IMG/VR virus record: IMGVR_UViG_3300044633_000831
Origin: an uncultured virus (IMG/VR IMGVR_UViG_3300044633_000831)
Taxonomy: Duplodnaviria; Heunggongvirae; Uroviricota; Caudoviricetes
Strand: one strand, 5' to 3'
DNA length: 64,000 bases
Under the pieces are notes generated by a model. The model ran no database searches and was not told the origin of the DNA. It saw only the letters and a list, made by a program, of their open reading frames with translations. Of the stretch, positions 62,541-64,000 are shown piece after piece; the stretch's first letter is position 1, and every line of letters begins with the position of its first letter. The translations under genes were made by a program, and so were the position numbers.

Positions 62541-63292
62541 TGTCTATAATATCAACTATTAAATCGTTATTATTTGAAGCATTTGATACAACTCCTATGA
62601 TTTCTTTCAAGTGTGAAGTTCCAGGATATGAAGTAGGGCAACCTGTAAAACGCGCAGTAGATATTAAACCAGACTGGATGATTGATCAGCAAAAAGAAGC
62701 GACCCATCATGGAACTCATAAATTCTCTGCGTGTCCGGGTATGCACGATTTGTATAAAACAGGATACATCATTCCTGCATGGGAAGATTTTGAAATTATT
62801 GTTACGGAATCTACTTTTAAAATTCAAATCGGTAGAGGCACTACATTTCCATGTTTACCTCATCAACCATTATCGTACCACGTAGTAAAAGACATAATTG
62901 CGCTCGATGAAGGTATGACAGGACATGCTATAAAATTTCCATCTCCATGGAAGGCGTTTACTAAGCCAGGGTATTCTGCGCTTGTTATGCCGGCAATGTA
63001 CCATTCTCCGTTTCTTCGTGATTTATTTGTATATCCGGGTATTAATGATTACGACACATTTCATCATTTAAATTTAATGGTTACTCCAGTAAAACCGATG
63101 CACATTAAAATATATGCAGGTACTCCGTTATTGCAAGTAATTCCGTATAAACGAGAAATCATTACTGCCGAAGTTGGTTTAGCTAGTGCTAAAGATATTG
63201 CGTTGGCTAATTTTACATACCGAACTAGTGCTCCGGGATTTTATAGAAAATGGTTATACAAGAAAAAAACAACAGACATTAAATATATTTAA
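62540..63292 (+). CDS. Paralog of 61821 (DUF6065-like)
   Basis: PDW, CPGM.D....GYIIPAW, KF.SPW...T.PGYS, GTPLLQVIP..R; TAATG coupling. Confidence 0.65.
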   Translation: MSIISTIKSLLFEAFDTTPMISFKCEVPGYEVGQPVKRAVDIKPDWMIDQQKEATHHGTHKFSACPGMHDLYKTGYIIPAWEDFEIIVTESTFKIQIGRGTTFPCLPHQPLSYHVVKDIIALDEGMTGHAIKFPSPWKAFTKPGYSALVMPAMYHSPFLRDLFVYPGINDYDTFHHLNLMVTPVKPMHIKIYAGTPLLQVIPYKREIITAEVGLASAKDIALANFTYRTSAPGFYRKWLYKKKTTDIKYI

Positions 63293-63304
63293 AGGATTTT
63301 AAAC

Positions 63305-63721
63305 ATGAATACAATTTTTAAAGTAAGAATTAATCAAGACGGTTCGATTAATTTATTAAAACAAATAGTTGCAATAAACAGTGATGATACTAATTGGAGA
63401 CCTGCGGTTGAAATAGAACCAGAACCGACAGTAACATCATTAGAGAGAGTTATTCCTCAATACGATTTAACTACTGATCCAATCGGTATTACTTATGTTG
63501 TAATTAACATGACTCTTGCTGAAAGACAACAACATGAAATTCAAAAAATTAAACAAAAGCTAATATCGTCAGTTACTACAATGGTACATTCTAATTTTGA
63601 AGTAGATCCGTCGGCGTTCGATACCGATGTACTTACACAATCAAAATTAGAAGTAGACTCTAAAATTGCAGCTATTACTGCAGCAACTACTCACGAAGAG
63701 TTAACTGAAATTGTTAGATAA
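63305..63721 (+). CDS. Hypothetical protein, fibre-chaperone-like C-terminus
   Basis: 138 aa; ends ..IAAITAATTHEEL; AAGGA RBS. Confidence 0.6.
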   Translation: MNTIFKVRINQDGSINLLKQIVAINSDDTNWRPAVEIEPEPTVTSLERVIPQYDLTTDPIGITYVVINMTLAERQQHEIQKIKQKLISSVTTMVHSNFEVDPSAFDTDVLTQSKLEVDSKIAAITAATTHEELTEIVR

Positions 63722-63733
63722 AACGTATCTTAA

Positions 63734-64000
63734 TTATAAACTATCAATAATATCAATAACAGTTTGAATCTTAGTTTGTATAATTTTATTACGCAAGCTA
63801 AGATTTAACCCGCGATGAATAGGTTTTGGAAGTGCAACTAAACTAAACCAACCCCATGCAATGTGTTCATTACTTAAGGTTGGAACAAATTCATTTTCCA
63901 CTAAACAAAAATATGTATGAAAATTGAAAACACTATCATTAGATACAAACTTTTCTAATGGTAGTGTTTTTTTAATGACTGGGAGAAATCCAATTTCTTC
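63734..64000 (-). CDS. Nudix hydrolase, C-terminal part (5' end outside the window)
   Basis: Manual translation EEIGFLP...FHTYFCLVENEFVPTLSNEHIAWGW...LPKPIH: end of the Nudix box plus L..EH...W. Confidence 0.75.
   Translation of the reverse strand, partial: EEIGFLPVIKKTLPLEKFVSNDSVFNFHTYFCLVENEFVPTLSNEHIAWGWFSLVALPKPIHRGLNLSLRNKIIQTKIQTVIDIIDSL

Noticed and set aside
1..64000. Stop-codon reassignment
   Set aside because: Conserved genes are full length under the standard code, and TAA, TAG and TGA all terminate genes

Overview
A 64 kb stretch of the virion-morphogenesis region of a large, AT-rich T4-superfamily myophage, probably environmental or jumbo-type. It uses the standard code and is almost entirely + strand. 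The order is: a structured non-coding left end; gp51/gp26-like hub-assembly genes (- strand); a tape-measure-like gene; then portal, scaffold, prohead protease, prohead core and major capsid protein. About 50 kb of paralogous giant fibre/spike genes and repeated 'fibre + Gly-rich adhesin + small chaperone' cassettes follow. The window ends with a 2OG-Fe(II) oxygenase cassette and a partial Nudix hydrolase. TAAATA-type T4-like late promoters precede many genes. The most notable items are: (1) a canonical -1 frameshift signal (U UUU UUC, 6-nt spacer, strong stem-loop) that would fuse gp26 to gp51 beside the tape-measure gene; (2) two GC-rich structured 5' leaders after an identical 13-nt promoter; (3) a YxPGN/YTN repeat protein next to a prolyl-hydroxylase-like oxygenase and two paralogous unknown proteins, a candidate fibre-modification system; (4) a modular multi-adhesin array with a shared N-terminal motif; (5) a scar fusing two convergent broken genes. 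All family assignments come from motif recognition by eye, not database searches.
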